This document shows, in pieces, positions 25,037 through 37,557 of a DNA stretch of 64,000 nucleotides. The first letter of the stretch is position 1; the number at the start of each line of letters is the position of its first letter. The DNA is from Blastocladiella emersonii ATCC 22665. Its lineage: Eukaryota > Fungi > Blastocladiomycota. A program made the translations under genes and the position numbers. The stretch is taken from positions 186,001 to 250,000 of the forward strand of contig JANHCV010000013.1 of the NCBI GenBank assembly GCA_025594325.1, in the 5' to 3' direction. Under the pieces are notes generated by a model. That model was not told where the DNA came from and made no database searches. It was given only the letters and a program-made list of their open reading frames with translations.

Positions 25037-26176
25037 TTAAGCCGCGCCTCGCGGCCGCCCGGGCGGCCGTGGCTTTTTGAAAGCTGCGGTGTTCGACGGA
25101 ACGGGAGAGGAAGAGGAGGCGCCCTCGTCCTTTTTAGCCACAACGCTTCCAACCAAATCATCGTTCGAGGGCAAATCATCAAGATCGGACACTTCAAAAC
25201 GACTGGCAAGCGGGGTCGAAAGTCCAGTGGGGGACTCGAGCCAAGCAACTACGGCGGCCCGACTTGAAGCTGCAATCATGCGATCGCGGACCTTGGCCCC
25301 CTCGGGGCAGCAGAACGTCATTGCTACACACGGTCCAATTACCGTGAAGCGTTAGGCGAGTCTGAAGAGTTTCGAATTGCGAGGATATTACGTACCAAAG
25401 TTGCGGTCGTCTGACACACGCGAAACAATAAAACTGGGCCGAGCCAGCGGCAACTTGGTCGAAATACTCTCATCCATAGGGACGAGTGCGTGAAGGGCCA
25501 GTGACTCGCCCTGCATGACGAAAATAACGTGTTCACCACCGCGCAGGCCGTCGAGTGCGGTCTTGGCTGCGGCATCGACGTCAAGTGCCAGAGACGCGGA
25601 TGAGCTACCGCGCGCCATGCCTGGGAGCATGCGGGGAGAAGCGGCCGTCGTTTCGACGTCGAGCTCCAGGCGCTCCTTCTCCTCAAGTGAAAGTGCGGAG
25701 CCCGCGCCCAATGCGACATGCTCGCAGTAGCCTTGGTAGGAGGCCTCCTGCCACGTCGAAGCAAACATGGTGGCGTCCACGTTGATGCGCCCCGCCAGCA
25801 GCTTCTTTAGCGAGTTTTGCGAAAATGCGTATCGCATCTTAGTCTGGGGCGGTACGCCGTCCGGAACGTAAGTCACGAGAAGGTACTTGCTGGGCTCCGT
25901 CTGGATAAGGTAAAAAGCCGCCTCGGTGCGTTCGCCGCCTGCGTTGGCGAGTGCTGTGTCGTAGTCGGCTGCAAGAAGCGAAGTCCGTTTGGGCACCGCA
26001 GCGGCGACTTCCAAAGAGTCTGACGTTCGAGGTTTGTATGAGATCTTCGTGTACCACCTCGGGAAGCTATGGCGTGCGTACGGACCGTTGTCAAGGACGA
26101 GGCGGTAAAGTCGCGTCGAGTCCGCGTCTCCAAGGTCGCCGCGAAGCGCAGTGATCAGGCTTCGACTGGCTGACAT
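25037..26176 (-). CDS. TWF1: Twinfilin (two ADF-H domains plus basic tail); intron at 25324-25395 and a probable intron at ~26030-26090
   Basis: YLLVTYVPDGVPPQTKMRYA, LSLEEKERL, FCCPEGAKVRDRMIAASS and the C-terminal FKKPRPPGRPR match twinfilin hallmarks. The GTACGT...TAG intron restores the frame. Confidence 0.85.
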
Positions 26177-26318
26177 GTTCCGTGTTCGTTGCTTCCGGTC
26201 CTCTTGTTATTGAGGGGTGCGTATCAAGGATAAGAGGGAGGAAGAAGTGCCGGTGGCGTCCGGCCGCCGCCGCTCCAACGCGAAGGCGAGCGCGAGAACT
26301 CTAGTTCGTATCACGCCG

Positions 26319-26328
26319 CTCACGTGAG
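26319..26328. promoter_or_regulatory. Perfect palindromic E-box CTCACGTGAG ~145 bp upstream of the twinfilin ATG
   Basis: Motif and position only. Confidence 0.3.
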
Positions 26329-26560
26329 GATCGACCTGATCGCGTCGCGTGTCGCCCGCCCGCGTTATCGACAAGGAGTGTGCTGGAGTTCGAGGCTAGA
26401 CGAATATACTAGGGCCTAATTACACATATCTGGTCAAGGGGCACATTGCGCAACAACGACCCACAACCGCGCTTGTACAAAGACCAATTTCGAGGGGTCA
26501 AATGTGGGCTTGGTAGCGAGCGGGTCGAGCAGCGCATCACGCCGCTGGAGGGTGCGCGCG

Positions 26561-27952
26561 TCAAAGCGAGGCGAGGCTGGACCGCTCGCGCTCGTAGTAC
26601 TTTGCGACCAAGAAGGCCACGTCGAGCGACTGCTCGTAGTTGAGGCGCGGGTCGCAGTGGGTCTGGTAGTTTGATGGCAGGTCGTGGGCGGCCAGCTCCA
26701 TGGATCCTCCAACGCACTCGGTGACGCGGTCGCCCGTGAGCTCGAGGTGGACGCCGCCGAGGCGCGACCCGTGCGCCTTGTGGATGCGGAGCGACTCGGC
26801 GAGCTCGTGGATGATGCGGTCAAAGGGGCGGGTCTTGTGGCCGCTGGGGGCCGACTCGGTGTTGCCGTGCATGGGGTCGCAGCACCAAACGACGGCCTGG
26901 CCCGAGGCCTTGACGGCGGCAATGTGGGCGGGGAGGTACTGCTGGACGCGGTCGGCGCCGTAGCGCGTGATGAGCGTGACCTTGCCCGGCTCGTTGAAGG
27001 GGTTGACGAGGGCGAGCACGCGCGCGAGCTCCTCGGGCTCCATGGTGGGGCCCACCTTGATGCCAATGGGGTTGCGCAGGCCGCGGAAGTACTCGAGGTG
27101 AGCGCCGTTGAGCTGGCGCGTGCGGTCGCCGACCCACAGGAAGTGGGAGCCGAGGTTGTAGTAGGCGCCGCGTACTGGGCGAGTCAGGCAGGACTCGTAC
27201 TCGAGCAGGAGGCCCTCGTGCGACATGAACATGTCGACGGTGCTGAGCGTGTTGGCGCCGGCGGGGTCGTCTGCGCCGACCGTCTTCATGTAGTCGAGTG
27301 CGTCGGTGAGGCGGTTGACGATGGCCTGGTAGTCCTGGCGGACCTCGTGCTTCTTGACGTGGTTCAGGTCCCACGTGGACGGGTGGTGCAGGTCGGCGAA
27401 GCCCGAGGAGAGCAGCGAGCGCACGTAGTTGAGGGTGGCGGCCGAGTGGAAGTAGGCGCCGACGAGACGCTCGGGGTCGGGCTTGCGGTCCTTTGGGTCG
27501 AAGCCGTTGACGTTATCGCCGCGGAAGGACGGGATCTCGACGCCGTCGACGACCTCGGTGGGCTTGCTGCGCGGCTTGGCGTACTGGCCGGCCATGCGGG
27601 CGATGCGCACGACGGGCATGCGGCCGCCCCAGGTCAGGACGAGCGACATCTGCAGCAGCACGCGCAGCTTGTTCTCAATGGGGTCCGCCGAGCAGTAGTC
27701 GAAGATCTCGGCGCAGTCGCCGCCCTGCAGCAGGAAGCGCTTGCCCTCGGCGACCTCGCGCAGCTGGGTGCGCAGCTTGTCGATCTCCCCGGGCGACACG
27801 AGCGGCGGCAGGTGGCGCAGCTTGGCGAGAACCGACTGCAGGTGCGCCTGGTCCTCGTAGGCCACGTCCTGCACGATGGGCTTGGTCGTCCAGCTGTCGG
27901 GCGCCCAGCCCTCGGGGACCAGGGGAGCTGCCGGAGTATCGGAACCGCTCAT
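26561..27952 (-). CDS. Class II DAHP synthase (3-deoxy-D-arabino-heptulosonate 7-phosphate synthase), ~463 aa
   Basis: FLLQGGDCAE, RMAGQYAKPRS, FRGDNVNG, HFLWVGDRTRQL, NPIGIKVGP, CDPMHGNT, GGVHLELTG, CDPRLN. Start taken as MSGSDTP. Confidence 0.96.
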   Translation of the reverse strand: MSGSDTPAAPLVPEGWAPDSWTTKPIVQDVAYEDQAHLQSVLAKLRHLPPLVSPGEIDKLRTQLREVAEGKRFLLQGGDCAEIFDYCSADPIENKLRVLLQMSLVLTWGGRMPVVRIARMAGQYAKPRSKPTEVVDGVEIPSFRGDNVNGFDPKDRKPDPERLVGAYFHSAATLNYVRSLLSSGFADLHHPSTWDLNHVKKHEVRQDYQAIVNRLTDALDYMKTVGADDPAGANTLSTVDMFMSHEGLLLEYESCLTRPVRGAYYNLGSHFLWVGDRTRQLNGAHLEYFRGLRNPIGIKVGPTMEPEELARVLALVNPFNEPGKVTLITRYGADRVQQYLPAHIAAVKASGQAVVWCCDPMHGNTESAPSGHKTRPFDRIIHELAESLRIHKAHGSRLGGVHLELTGDRVTECVGGSMELAAHDLPSNYQTHCDPRLNYEQSLDVAFLVAKYYERERSSLASL

Positions 27953-29596
27953 GGTGGCGAGGCAGGGTCGGCTACAGACGCGGATTGATGGCCCGGGTGA
28001 CGGGTGGGCGGACGGGCGTGTGAGGACAGGCAGGCCGATGGGCGTGTGCATTTCCCATTCATTTGGGCAGAGTTCCATGGACTTACAGGTGAAGCGGTCG
28101 GTGCTCGCAGAGTTGACGGGCGGGAGAGCGAGCGGCGGGCCGGGCCGACCTCGAAGCGTTCGGCCGGTCCCTGCTCGGCTCGGCCGGCCGGCGCGGCCGA
28201 GGCAACGCGACTCGAGCATCACATGACGCGCGAATCACGCAATCGCGGCCGCTGCGCTGCCTGCTGCGCTGCACCGCTATCGGCGCCCTCCGACCAGCCC
28301 TCCGACCCCTCCGCCATCAACCCGCTCATATTTAGTAACACGCAACCGAATGCAAAGCAAATGGAGTGAGGTGTGGCAGAGTCTCTCGAGACTGGAACGC
28401 CGTGCTCGGCGACCCGTGGGCCACACTTCTCGGCAGCGCGAGGCCAGCCGACCCACCTTTGCACTCGCTGCGCCTTGTCCTGTGATGGTGTGCGGTCTCG
28501 CTCGGAGGCGCCTTACCGTGTTAGGAGGTAGTTGTGGCTGGCAACCGTGACAAGTGCACCAGGCGAGCGGGCAGGAGCTCGCAGCCCTGGTGAAGGCGAG
28601 TGCGCGCGTCGAGGAAGTGAGCCACGTATCTCTAGGGCGTGAGCGTGGCGATGAGAAATGTGGAGGCGGCATCGGCGCGGATCCGTCCAGGTTAGCGCGT
28701 CGAGCGACTCGTGAGCGGCGGCGGCGGCAGCACTGTCGCCTCGTGGGGGCGGGATTGTGGGTGGGATGGCGATGACAGCAATGCTCGCCTCCGTTTCCCC
28801 GCTGGCTCTCTATGGCAGACTTGGCGCCGCCGTCTATCGGCTGGCAAACCTGGCGGCGATCTCCGCCCTGTGGCCCCTACGGCGGCACTCGCGTCGGATG
28901 CTAATTTATTCCCCTGAATGGCTCACCTGGCCGATGCCGCACACGGAGGGGACGATCCAGAACGTAGTACATGTATGCCGCTTGAGCCGGAGGTGTTGAA
29001 GCGCATATTGACTTGACCGCGCACACGATCCAGAAGAGCGTGGCGGTTCCAAAGCATCAAGGCCCTCAGGCCCATGGGCGCAAGCGAGTCGGTCGAGACG
29101 GTGATGGAGTTGGCAAAGTTGTCGCCGGAGCGCACGGCCGCGTTCCCGTGATCTTGATAAGGGCGATGAGAGCAACGAAACGACTCGCGTCTGCGTTGAC
29201 GGAGAAGGGCACGCGGGGGTCGTCGAGGCACGTGGCCGGCGCACGAGCCGCACGCGGTGTGCTTCACATCTCAGACAATCAATGCAATTTCATTGGAATG
29301 CCGCCAGTGTTGAGTGGAGGGGAGGGGGACAGAGAGGTGGGGGAGACGATGCAGGAGAAGAGCGGCGCGGGGCGGCGTGACGCGCCGCCTCCACGCGGGC
29401 GCCACTCGAGCGCCACCCGGGTCTCCCGCCCTGCCTTGCCTTGAGTGGTCCCTCCTCCCTCTCCCGCCCTCTCCCGCCCTCTCTCCCTCAATTCAACGCA
29501 ACCGACCGGCCTGCGCCGTGATGCATGCTGGCCCGCTCCGGCCGCCCCATGAACTCGCCGACCGCGACCCCGACCCCGATCCGATCTGAGCGCGCC

Positions 29597-32500
29597 ATGG
29601 ACACTGCCGCCGTCGCCGCCGCCGCTGCCCCGCCGCTGCCGCAGCCGCAGTTCCGCCTCGAGGTGGCCGGCTCGCGCGCCGCCCCCGGCATCTACCGGCT
29701 CGAGCACCTGCTCAAGGTGCGCGCCCGTGCCCGTGCTCGCCCCGCACACGCTCGCCTTGCTGACCCCGGCCCTCTCTCCTCTCTCCTTGTCCCAGCACCT
29801 GCAGTTCGTCGTCACCGACGCCGCCCTCGCCGTCGCCTTCCGCCGCCTCTCGCCCTTCGAGTACGCCGCCTTCGCCGACCACCACCTGCGCCCGCTCGCC
29901 GCCTCCCTGCCCGCCGACCTCGACGCCGACCTCCGCCGCCGCGACCACCTCATTCTCGAGCTCTCCTCGTCCGCCGATCCGCCTCGGATCGTCCCCGACC
30001 TGGCCCAGTGGCTCATGGAGCGCTTCTTCCTCGACATCCTCTCCGTCCCCGCCCTCCCGGACGCCGAGTACCAGCGCCAGGCCCGCGAGGACTGGGACCA
30101 CTACCTCGCCAACCCCGCCGCCACCTTCGCCTCGCTCTCCCTCGACGTGGACGGCGAGCCCGCCGGCGACCTCCTCATTGAGCTCTTCCCGCACCTCCCG
30201 CGCGCCACCGCCGCCCTGTGCGCGCTGCTCGACCCGCCCGACGCCTCGGCGCCCGCTGCCCCTGCCGCCCATTCCCTCGTCGGCGCTCCCGTCCAGTTCA
30301 TCGTCCGCGACGGCTGGGTCCAGCTCGGCGATGCCAGAGCCGACGTGCCCATCCCACTCGACGACTTTGACCCCGCCACCACCCCAAAGCACACGGCCCG
30401 CGGCCTCGTCTCCATCCTCCACCCGGACCACGCCGCCGACGAGTTCCTGCCCCACCGCCTGCTCACGGGCCCGCACGCCACTCCGCGCGCCCAGCTCTTC
30501 CTCACCCTCGGCCACCACCTCCCCGACTTTGACTTCCACTACCTCGTCGTCGGCGCCCTCGTCGACGGATACCACCTGCTCGACCGCATCGAGCGCCTCC
30601 CTGTCGACAGCCAGACCAACGCATCCCTCGCCCGCTGCGTCGTCCGCGCCGCCTCGGTGCGCGGCGGTATCCGCGCGGCCGCCGCCCACGCCACCGCCTT
30701 CCCCGCGTCGCCCTCCACCGACTGCACCGATTTCCGCCGCCCGAGCGCGCTCGCCGACCTCCCGCCCGTCGTCGTCTGCGAGCCCGCCTATGCAGACGCT
30801 ACTCCCTCGCCTCTTTCGAATGGGCTTGCGAGTAACTCTCCTACCACGATCACGCTCAACTCGTCCACGAGCACCGAAATCGCCCCGGCGAGTGCTGGCC
30901 ACTCGGGCCTGCCCACCCCGACCCCGGGCCGCCGCGGCACTCTTCGCCGCCCGAGCGCACCCGGCTCATCTCTCGGCCTCGTTTTCAACTCGACAGCCGC
31001 TGAGCCGCTGCCTGGCGTCCCCCAGCTCCCTACCCTCGCCGCCTCGGCGCCCGCACCAGCTCCGGCCTCCCACGATGCGCTGCTGGTCGGCGACCGCGTC
31101 GCCATTCTCATGGGCGCCCACACCGTCCTCGGCACCCTGCGCTTCCTCGGCGAGACCCAGTTCAAGCCCGGCCTCCCTTGGGCCGGCATCGAGCTTGACG
31201 TGCCCGGATCGGGTAAGAACGACGGCTCGGTGCAGGATATCAAATACTTTGAGTGTCCGCCCAAGCGCGGCATCTTTGTTCCCGTCGACAAGGTCCGCCG
31301 CGAGTCTTCTACCACTGCACCGACGGCGACCGAGTCGCCCGCCGCCTCGCCGACCGTCGGCTCGCTGGCCAAGCGCGTTTCGCTTCCCGGCGGGCCGGGG
31401 AGCCTCGGCCACAAGCGTGTCAAGCACAACGGCGTCAACGCCCTGTTTCACGCCCCTACCCCCGCCAACAGCATGCACACGCTGCCCGGCGCCCCTGGCT
31501 CACCGTCCTCGCCCGCCTCCTCTGCTGGCTCGCCCACCGCCGGGTCCACCAGCACGCCGCCCGCTTCCTCGGGCCTTCTGAAGCGCCCGTCCTCCCTTGG
31601 TCTCCGGTCCGCTGCGGTCGGCGGCAACGCGCTCTCGTCTGGCCTCCGCTCTCTCGCCACCCGCCTCAAGCCGCCAACGTCGTCGACGGCCCCCTCTTCT
31701 CCTTCTTCCACCTCGGCATCGCCCACCACCGAACCCAAATCCTCTAAACTCGGCGTGGCCGCCACTTCCGGCCGCCGTGCCGGTGCGGCGCCCGGCACGG
31801 GTAGCGGCATACGCGCACCGTCGCCCCGCTCGGGCCTGCGCGCGCCGTCCCCTATTGCGCCGCTCGTTGCCGCCCACCACGGTAGCCCCACGAACGGGAA
31901 CCCCACGTCGTCGCCGCGCGATCCGCCCCCGCACTCGGCCTCGACGCGCAAATTCAGCATCCAGCCCTCGCTTCCCTCGCCTTCATCCGCGTCGCCGAAG
32001 ACCCCGACGTCGGCTGGGAACCCGCGCACGTCGCGGTCGTTCAGTACGAGCCACGCTACTTCGGTGGGCAGTTCCTCGTACGCCGCGCGGTCGCCACGGA
32101 CTGGGACCGCGGCGGGCGCTACTCCGCCGACACGGACGAGTACTGGCTCGAGTGTCCGCACCCCGTCATCGGCGTCCACCGCCTCCACGGCGTCCACGGC
32201 CCGCCGCTCCACCATCGGCAACGCCTCTGCCGCGTCTGGCACGATCGACCGGCGGACCTCGGCGTCGACGACCGGCTCGTCACGCCCGCCGTCTCGCGGG
32301 ACCCGTTCGACCACCCCGTCGTCCCGGCCTATGGCTACTACCGCCACCATCAAGGAGTCGCCGGCTCAGTCCGCCGCACACGAGCAGCTGGTCCGCGAGC
32401 ATACGGCGCTGACGCGTGAACACGCCGACCTGACGGCGGAGCATCTGCGGCTCGTGGGCGAACACGACCGCGTGGTCCGCGAGCACGCCCGGCTGACGCA

Positions 32501-33989
32501 GGAGGTCGCGACGTTGTCGGCGCAAATCGCGGACGCGTTCGCGTCGCGGGCGGCCAATGAGGACGCCCTGCGCGCGACCCGTGCTGAACTCGAGGCCGCC
32601 ACGGCTGCCGCGGCGGCGGCTGATGCCGAGCGGGCCAGCCTCCGCGCGCGGCTTGACCAGCTCGAATCCGACAACCAGTACCTGCAGACCGAGCTGCAGC
32701 TGCTGGTCCAGCAGAAGATGACGCCCGAGGAGGTGCAGGCGCTGCTCGGGGATGTCGATTCGCTCACGTTCGACCTGCACAAGGCGCAGGGCCGCGCGGG
32801 CGAGCTGGCCGACCAGCTGCGCGACCGCGAGGAGCGGCTCGCGGCGGCCGAGCTCGAGCGCAGCGACGCCGTCACCAAGCTCCGCGCCGTGGAGCGCGCG
32901 CGTGACGCGCAGTTTGCCGAAATGGACCGGCTGCGCGACACGATCGCCGAGCTCCAGGACCACGCGTCGGGCCAGCACCAGGAGCAGGAGTACCTGCGCC
33001 TGCTTAACGACCGCAAGAAGATGGAGGTCAACTACGAGACTAAGATCTCGGCGCTCGAGTCCGCCGTCAAGACCTCAACCGAGGCCGCCGACGCGCTGCG
33101 CGCTGACATGGCGCGGGCCCAGGCGGCACTCGATGCCGAGCGCGCCGCCATGGAGGAGACGCTCCGCCAGGAACGCGCGGCGCTCGCTGCGGGGCAGGCC
33201 GACAAGATCACGGCGCTCGAGATGGCCGCGCGCGCCCGCGACGCTGAGGCGCGCGAGTGGGAGCACCGCTACGTCGGCGCGCGCGCCGAGGTCTCGGCCA
33301 AGTCGGCCACGCTCGACGCCATGCAGGAGGAGCTGACGGACCTGCGCCGCACCAAGCACGAGCTCGCGGGTGCCCTCGCGGCGCTGCAGGCGCAGCTCGC
33401 GGCGCACTCGGAGACGGTCGCAGCGATGGAGAAGGAGGTGATGCGCGTCGAGCAGGAGCGGGCCGCGGCCGCCGACTCGGCCAACAACGACCTGCGCCTA
33501 GTCAACGAGGAGCTCCGTGACCGCCTCGCCAAGGCCAACGGTGACGTGCAGCGGCTCGCGGCTGAGCGCGACCTGCACCTCCACGAGATCGCCAAACTCA
33601 AGGACATGGCGATGCGCCGGACGCCGCCGCACGGCAACGGCAGCATGCCCGGCTCGCCGCGGTCGCCGCGGTCCGAGGCGCTCCCGCACGACTCGCAGTT
33701 TGTCGTCCCCGAGCGCAACGGGTACAACGTGCCGCTGCCGCGCAGCGGGTCGAGCTCCAACGCCCTCCACTCGCTCGCGTCCGGTACGAGCGGCGGCGCG
33801 CTGCCGTCCACGTCGTCGTACGTCGCCCGCAGCGGGCCACATGCGCCGCTACACTCGTCTTCCTCGCTCCTGTGCGCGCTGTGCGATCAGCCGGGGCACG
33901 AGGTGCTGTCGTGCCCCAACGTCGCATCGATCACTGAGAAGTTGGCGGCATCGACGGCGGGGGCTGCTACGGCCACCTCGTCGTTCTGA
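29597..33989 (+). CDS. PPIL6-like inactive cyclophilin domain, CAP-Gly, Ser/Pro-rich region, coiled coil and CCHC zinc knuckle (CLIP-170/Bik1-like); intron 29717-29795
   Basis: DVDGEPAGDLLIELF and FIVRDGWVQLGD (cyclophilin fold); GETQFKPGLPWAGIELDVPGSGKNDGSV...YFECPPKRGIFV (CAP-Gly); CALCDQPGHEVLSC; C-terminal Phe. The frame is open from 29796 to 33989. Confidence 0.8.
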
Positions 33990-34192
33990 TCTTTCCACCT
34001 CGATACACATGTAATATATATGCGGATTCCTTTGTGAACACGTCGCCGCCCATCTCCTGTGTTCTCCTTGTCAGGTACGGATCTCCCACTTTGCCGCCCT
34101 CGTCATGTTGCAGCGACCTGACGGGTGGTAGGTATTGACAATCGATAATCGGGACGCTTTACTTCCTAACGATACATTCACAAAACTCACGT

Positions 34193-34891
34193 TTAGAGGA
34201 ACACGCGATTGCAGAGCATGCAAATCTGGTCGTAGGCGCGGAGGAACAAGCGTTTGGCGCGGTCCTGCAGTGAAAGCTTGCACGGCACCGTTGACGAAGG
34301 AGCTTGACGGTCCTTGGCGAGAAATGCGCGCGTCACGTAACTTGGCGTGTCCGATCCCGCGCTTGGTTCGGATTCCGAGTCCGTCGCGTCCGAATCAGTG
34401 TTGCTGGGCGTTGGAAGCCACGGGATCGGCGAGGCATTGCTCGCCTTGGCCTGGCCACGAACGCGAGAGGTAGACGGACGGCTGCGAAGCGAAGCCGCGT
34501 CCTGGTAGTGAATTGACTTGGGACAGCAGCGCGAGTGCGGAAAGGCTTTCATTCCGTGGTGGGGGCCGGTGTTGGACCCAAGGTGGTGTCGGACGACGAG
34601 AGCTGGTCGAGGGACGCCCATGAGCTCCGCGTGCTCTATCGCCTCGACGACCTCGGGCATTGATCCAACGGTGATGGCGGTGCCGTCATCTCTATCGTAG
34701 TACGCGAGGTGAAGGATGGACTGACCCACGGACGTGTCCGAGAGGTTCGTGGTGGCCAAGAAGTCTTCCCACGAGCAGCCCGAGCAGAATGTGACTTCCG
34801 TGGAAGTGCCATCCACGACCATGGCAATCTTCAGGTCTCGAGCCGTTGCAGGTGCATCCGTGTACATGGTGACGTTTTGACGGGGAAGCAT
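34193..34891 (-). CDS. Hypothetical protein with a PB1-like domain
   Basis: LHLAYYDRDDGTAITVGSMPEVVEAI resembles the acidic OPCA motif of PB1 domains. Lies head-to-head with the Hsp70 gene. Start and splicing are uncertain. Confidence 0.5.
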   Translation of the reverse strand: MLPRQNVTMYTDAPATARDLKIAMVVDGTSTEVTFCSGCSWEDFLATTNLSDTSVGQSILHLAYYDRDDGTAITVGSMPEVVEAIEHAELMGVPRPALVVRHHLGSNTGPHHGMKAFPHSRCCPKSIHYQDAASLRSRPSTSRVRGQAKASNASPIPWLPTPSNTDSDATDSESEPSAGSDTPSYVTRAFLAKDRQAPSSTVPCKLSLQDRAKRLFLRAYDQICMLCNRVFL

Positions 34892-35139
34892 AGTCGGACG
34901 GGAGACGGACAGATGCGAGCTCCGCTTTTCGAGAGTCACTGGTTGCTGTTCGACTTCAGCCCGCTTTCTTCTGGGACTGGACGGAACTGTCCGAGGGCTG
35001 TCCAGGTCAGGTTGCACGCGCATTCAACGACCCGGTCCTCTCCCTCTCCCTTCTCTCTTCCCTTCGACCTGGTCGAGCGCGCCATCGTGTTGAACTCGGT
35101 TTCGTCCCGCACTTGAATCCAGCCAACGGAAGCGCAACC

Positions 35140-37231
35140 ATGACGGTTCTCAGTCCAATCATTGGAATTGGTGCGTCCAACTTGCGGATTCTGCACTACG
35201 TCGCCGGTGCGCTCACGTTCCCTTGTGCATGTAGATCTCGGCACGACCAACTCGTGCGTGGCCGTTTGGGACGAGGGTAACGGCACCGTTTCTGTGCTGG
35301 CGAACCGCGAGGGCTTCCGCGTCACACCGTCGGTCGTTGCCTTCAAGGACCAGGACCGCTTGATCGGGCAGCCGGCACTGAACCAGGCCGCCATGAACAC
35401 AAAGAACACCGTGTACGACATCAAGCGCTTGATCGGCCGGAACTACGGTGATCCTGTTGTACAAAACGATGCTCGACGCTGGCCGTTTGAGGTCGTGTCC
35501 AAGGACGGCACCTTGACCGGCAAGCCCGTAGTCCGCGTTACCATCGACGGGAAGCAAAAGTTGCTCACGGCCGAGGAGATTTCGGCCATGGTTCTTGCCA
35601 AGCTCAAGGAGACGGCCAAGGACCGGCTTGGTAAGCCTGTTTCGCGAGCCGTGATTACGGTCCCCGCTTACTTCAACAGCGTGCAGCGCCAGGCTACCGT
35701 CGATGCTGGCACCATTGCCGGACTTGAGGTTTTGCATGTCATCAGCGAGCCCACGGCCGCTGCCATTGCTTACGGCCTTGGCATTGGCAAAATGGCGCTC
35801 GCGGAGCGCCTTGGTGGGCTCAAACTTGAAGACAACGCTTCGCAGTCGACAGAGCCCAAGAATGTGCTTGTCTTCGATCTTGGCGGCGGCACCTTCGATG
35901 TTTCGCTTGCAGTCGTGAGCTCAGAGGGCGTCGAAATCAAGGCCACCGCGGGCGACACGCACCTTGGCGGCGCGGACTTTGACAATCTACTCGTTGACTT
36001 CTGTGTTACCAAGTTCGAGGAGCAAACGGGACTGGATCTCTACAAAGCCGGGCTCTCAGGTGCTGATCGCGCAGTGCATCGGCTTCGCAATGCGTGCGAG
36101 CGCGCAAAGTGCATGCTTTCGTCAGCCGTGAAGACGACGATCGAAGTCGACTGCCTGCTTCAGGGCCACGACTTCAGCGTCAACATGACGCGCGCCCGGT
36201 TTGAAGACATGTGCGACGACCTTGTTTCCGGCACGCTTGTGTTTGTTGAGGAAGCTCTTGATCATGCCCATCTTAACAAGGCCGAGATCGACGAAATCCT
36301 CATGGTCGGAGGCTCGACGCGCATTCCTTACGTCCAGCAGGTCGTCTCCGAGTTTTTCGAGGGCAAGCCGGTCAACCTCACAATCAACCCTGACGAGGCT
36401 GTCGCCTTTGGCGCTGCAGTCAAGGCCGTACTTCTTGACGAATCGACGGGATCCGGCTCGGACGGAGACAGCGGTCAGCAGCGCCGCAACATTCCCAACA
36501 TCATCATTCAGGACGTTGCACCGCTTTCGCTTGGCCTTGAGCTCAAGGGGTCCGTGATGCGCCATCTGATCAAGCGCGGCACTCCCATTCCAGCGAAGGT
36601 TTCGGACATCTTTACGACTAGCACTGACTACCAAACCGAAGTCATGTGCAAGATTTTCGAGGGCGAGCGGCCTCTCACTGAGTTCAATCACTTCCTCGAC
36701 AAGTTCAAGCTCGACGGGATTCCGCCTGCGCTTTGGGGCGTCCCCCAGCTTGAGGCACGTCCGCGTGCTCGTGGCGACCATTCTTCGCTGCTAACTGAGA
36801 CGCGAGTTGTTGAATACGTTTAGGTGACCTTTGAACTCAACGCAAACGCGATCCTTCAGGTCAAGGCGGTGGATCTTGAGACCAAGAAGCAGGCGAGCAT
36901 CACCATTGCCAAGGCAAACGGGCAGCTCACTCAGACTGAGATCAAGCGCATGCTCAACGAGGCCGCAGCGTACCGCGAGGAGGACAAGCGTATGCGCGCG
37001 CGACTCGCGGCGTGGAGCGAGCTCGAAGCTTACGTGTACCGCGCGCGATCGGCCGCAACTCGCGCGCTTATGTTGCGCAAGATTTCCCCCAGCACGGGCG
37101 AGGCGCTCCAAAACACGGTGCGCGCCGCTATCAAATGGATCGACGTCAACACGCGCCTCGAGGTCGCCGAGTACAACGCGAAGCGCGCTGAGCTTTCGGC
37201 TGTCTTTGCCCAACACCTCCACATGTTTTGA
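35140..37231 (+). CDS. Atypical Hsp70, ~652 aa; exons 35140-35170, 35235-36754, 36824-37231
   Basis: IGIDLGTTNSCV, TPSVVAF, ITVPAYFN, EPTAAAIAYG, FDLGGGTFDVS, VGGSTRIP, NPDEAVAFGAA, PQLEVTFELNAN after splicing. No C-terminal EEVD or HDEL. Confidence 0.93.
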
Positions 37232-37557
37232 TTGGATGACTGATGGCTAGCTAATGCACGCTCGCCCATGCGTTGCCGTTTTGTATCGAGTTTGACATAC
37301 ATTTTTGAATCTTCATAATATTTGCCTGTCACATTTGTCGGGCAAAACGCACAGTTATGGTGACTCAGCAAAAAGAAAGGCTTAGGCACGGGCAGGGCTT
37401 GATTGGTTTGACACAACGAGCGAGTCAGGGTCCGGATACTCGGTGGACAGGGTCGGTCGCTGAGGGGTGAAATCCGCAAGCTCCTTCGCCGCACCCTCGC
37501 TCTCTTTCACAGGGCCCTTTTCACTGTGTTTGCGCGCTTCAGCCAGGCGTACATCCC

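Noticed and set aside
28300-29500. Gene in the DAHP synthase-PPIL6/CLIP interval
   Set aside because: Only short conflicting ORFs with no motif or splice support.
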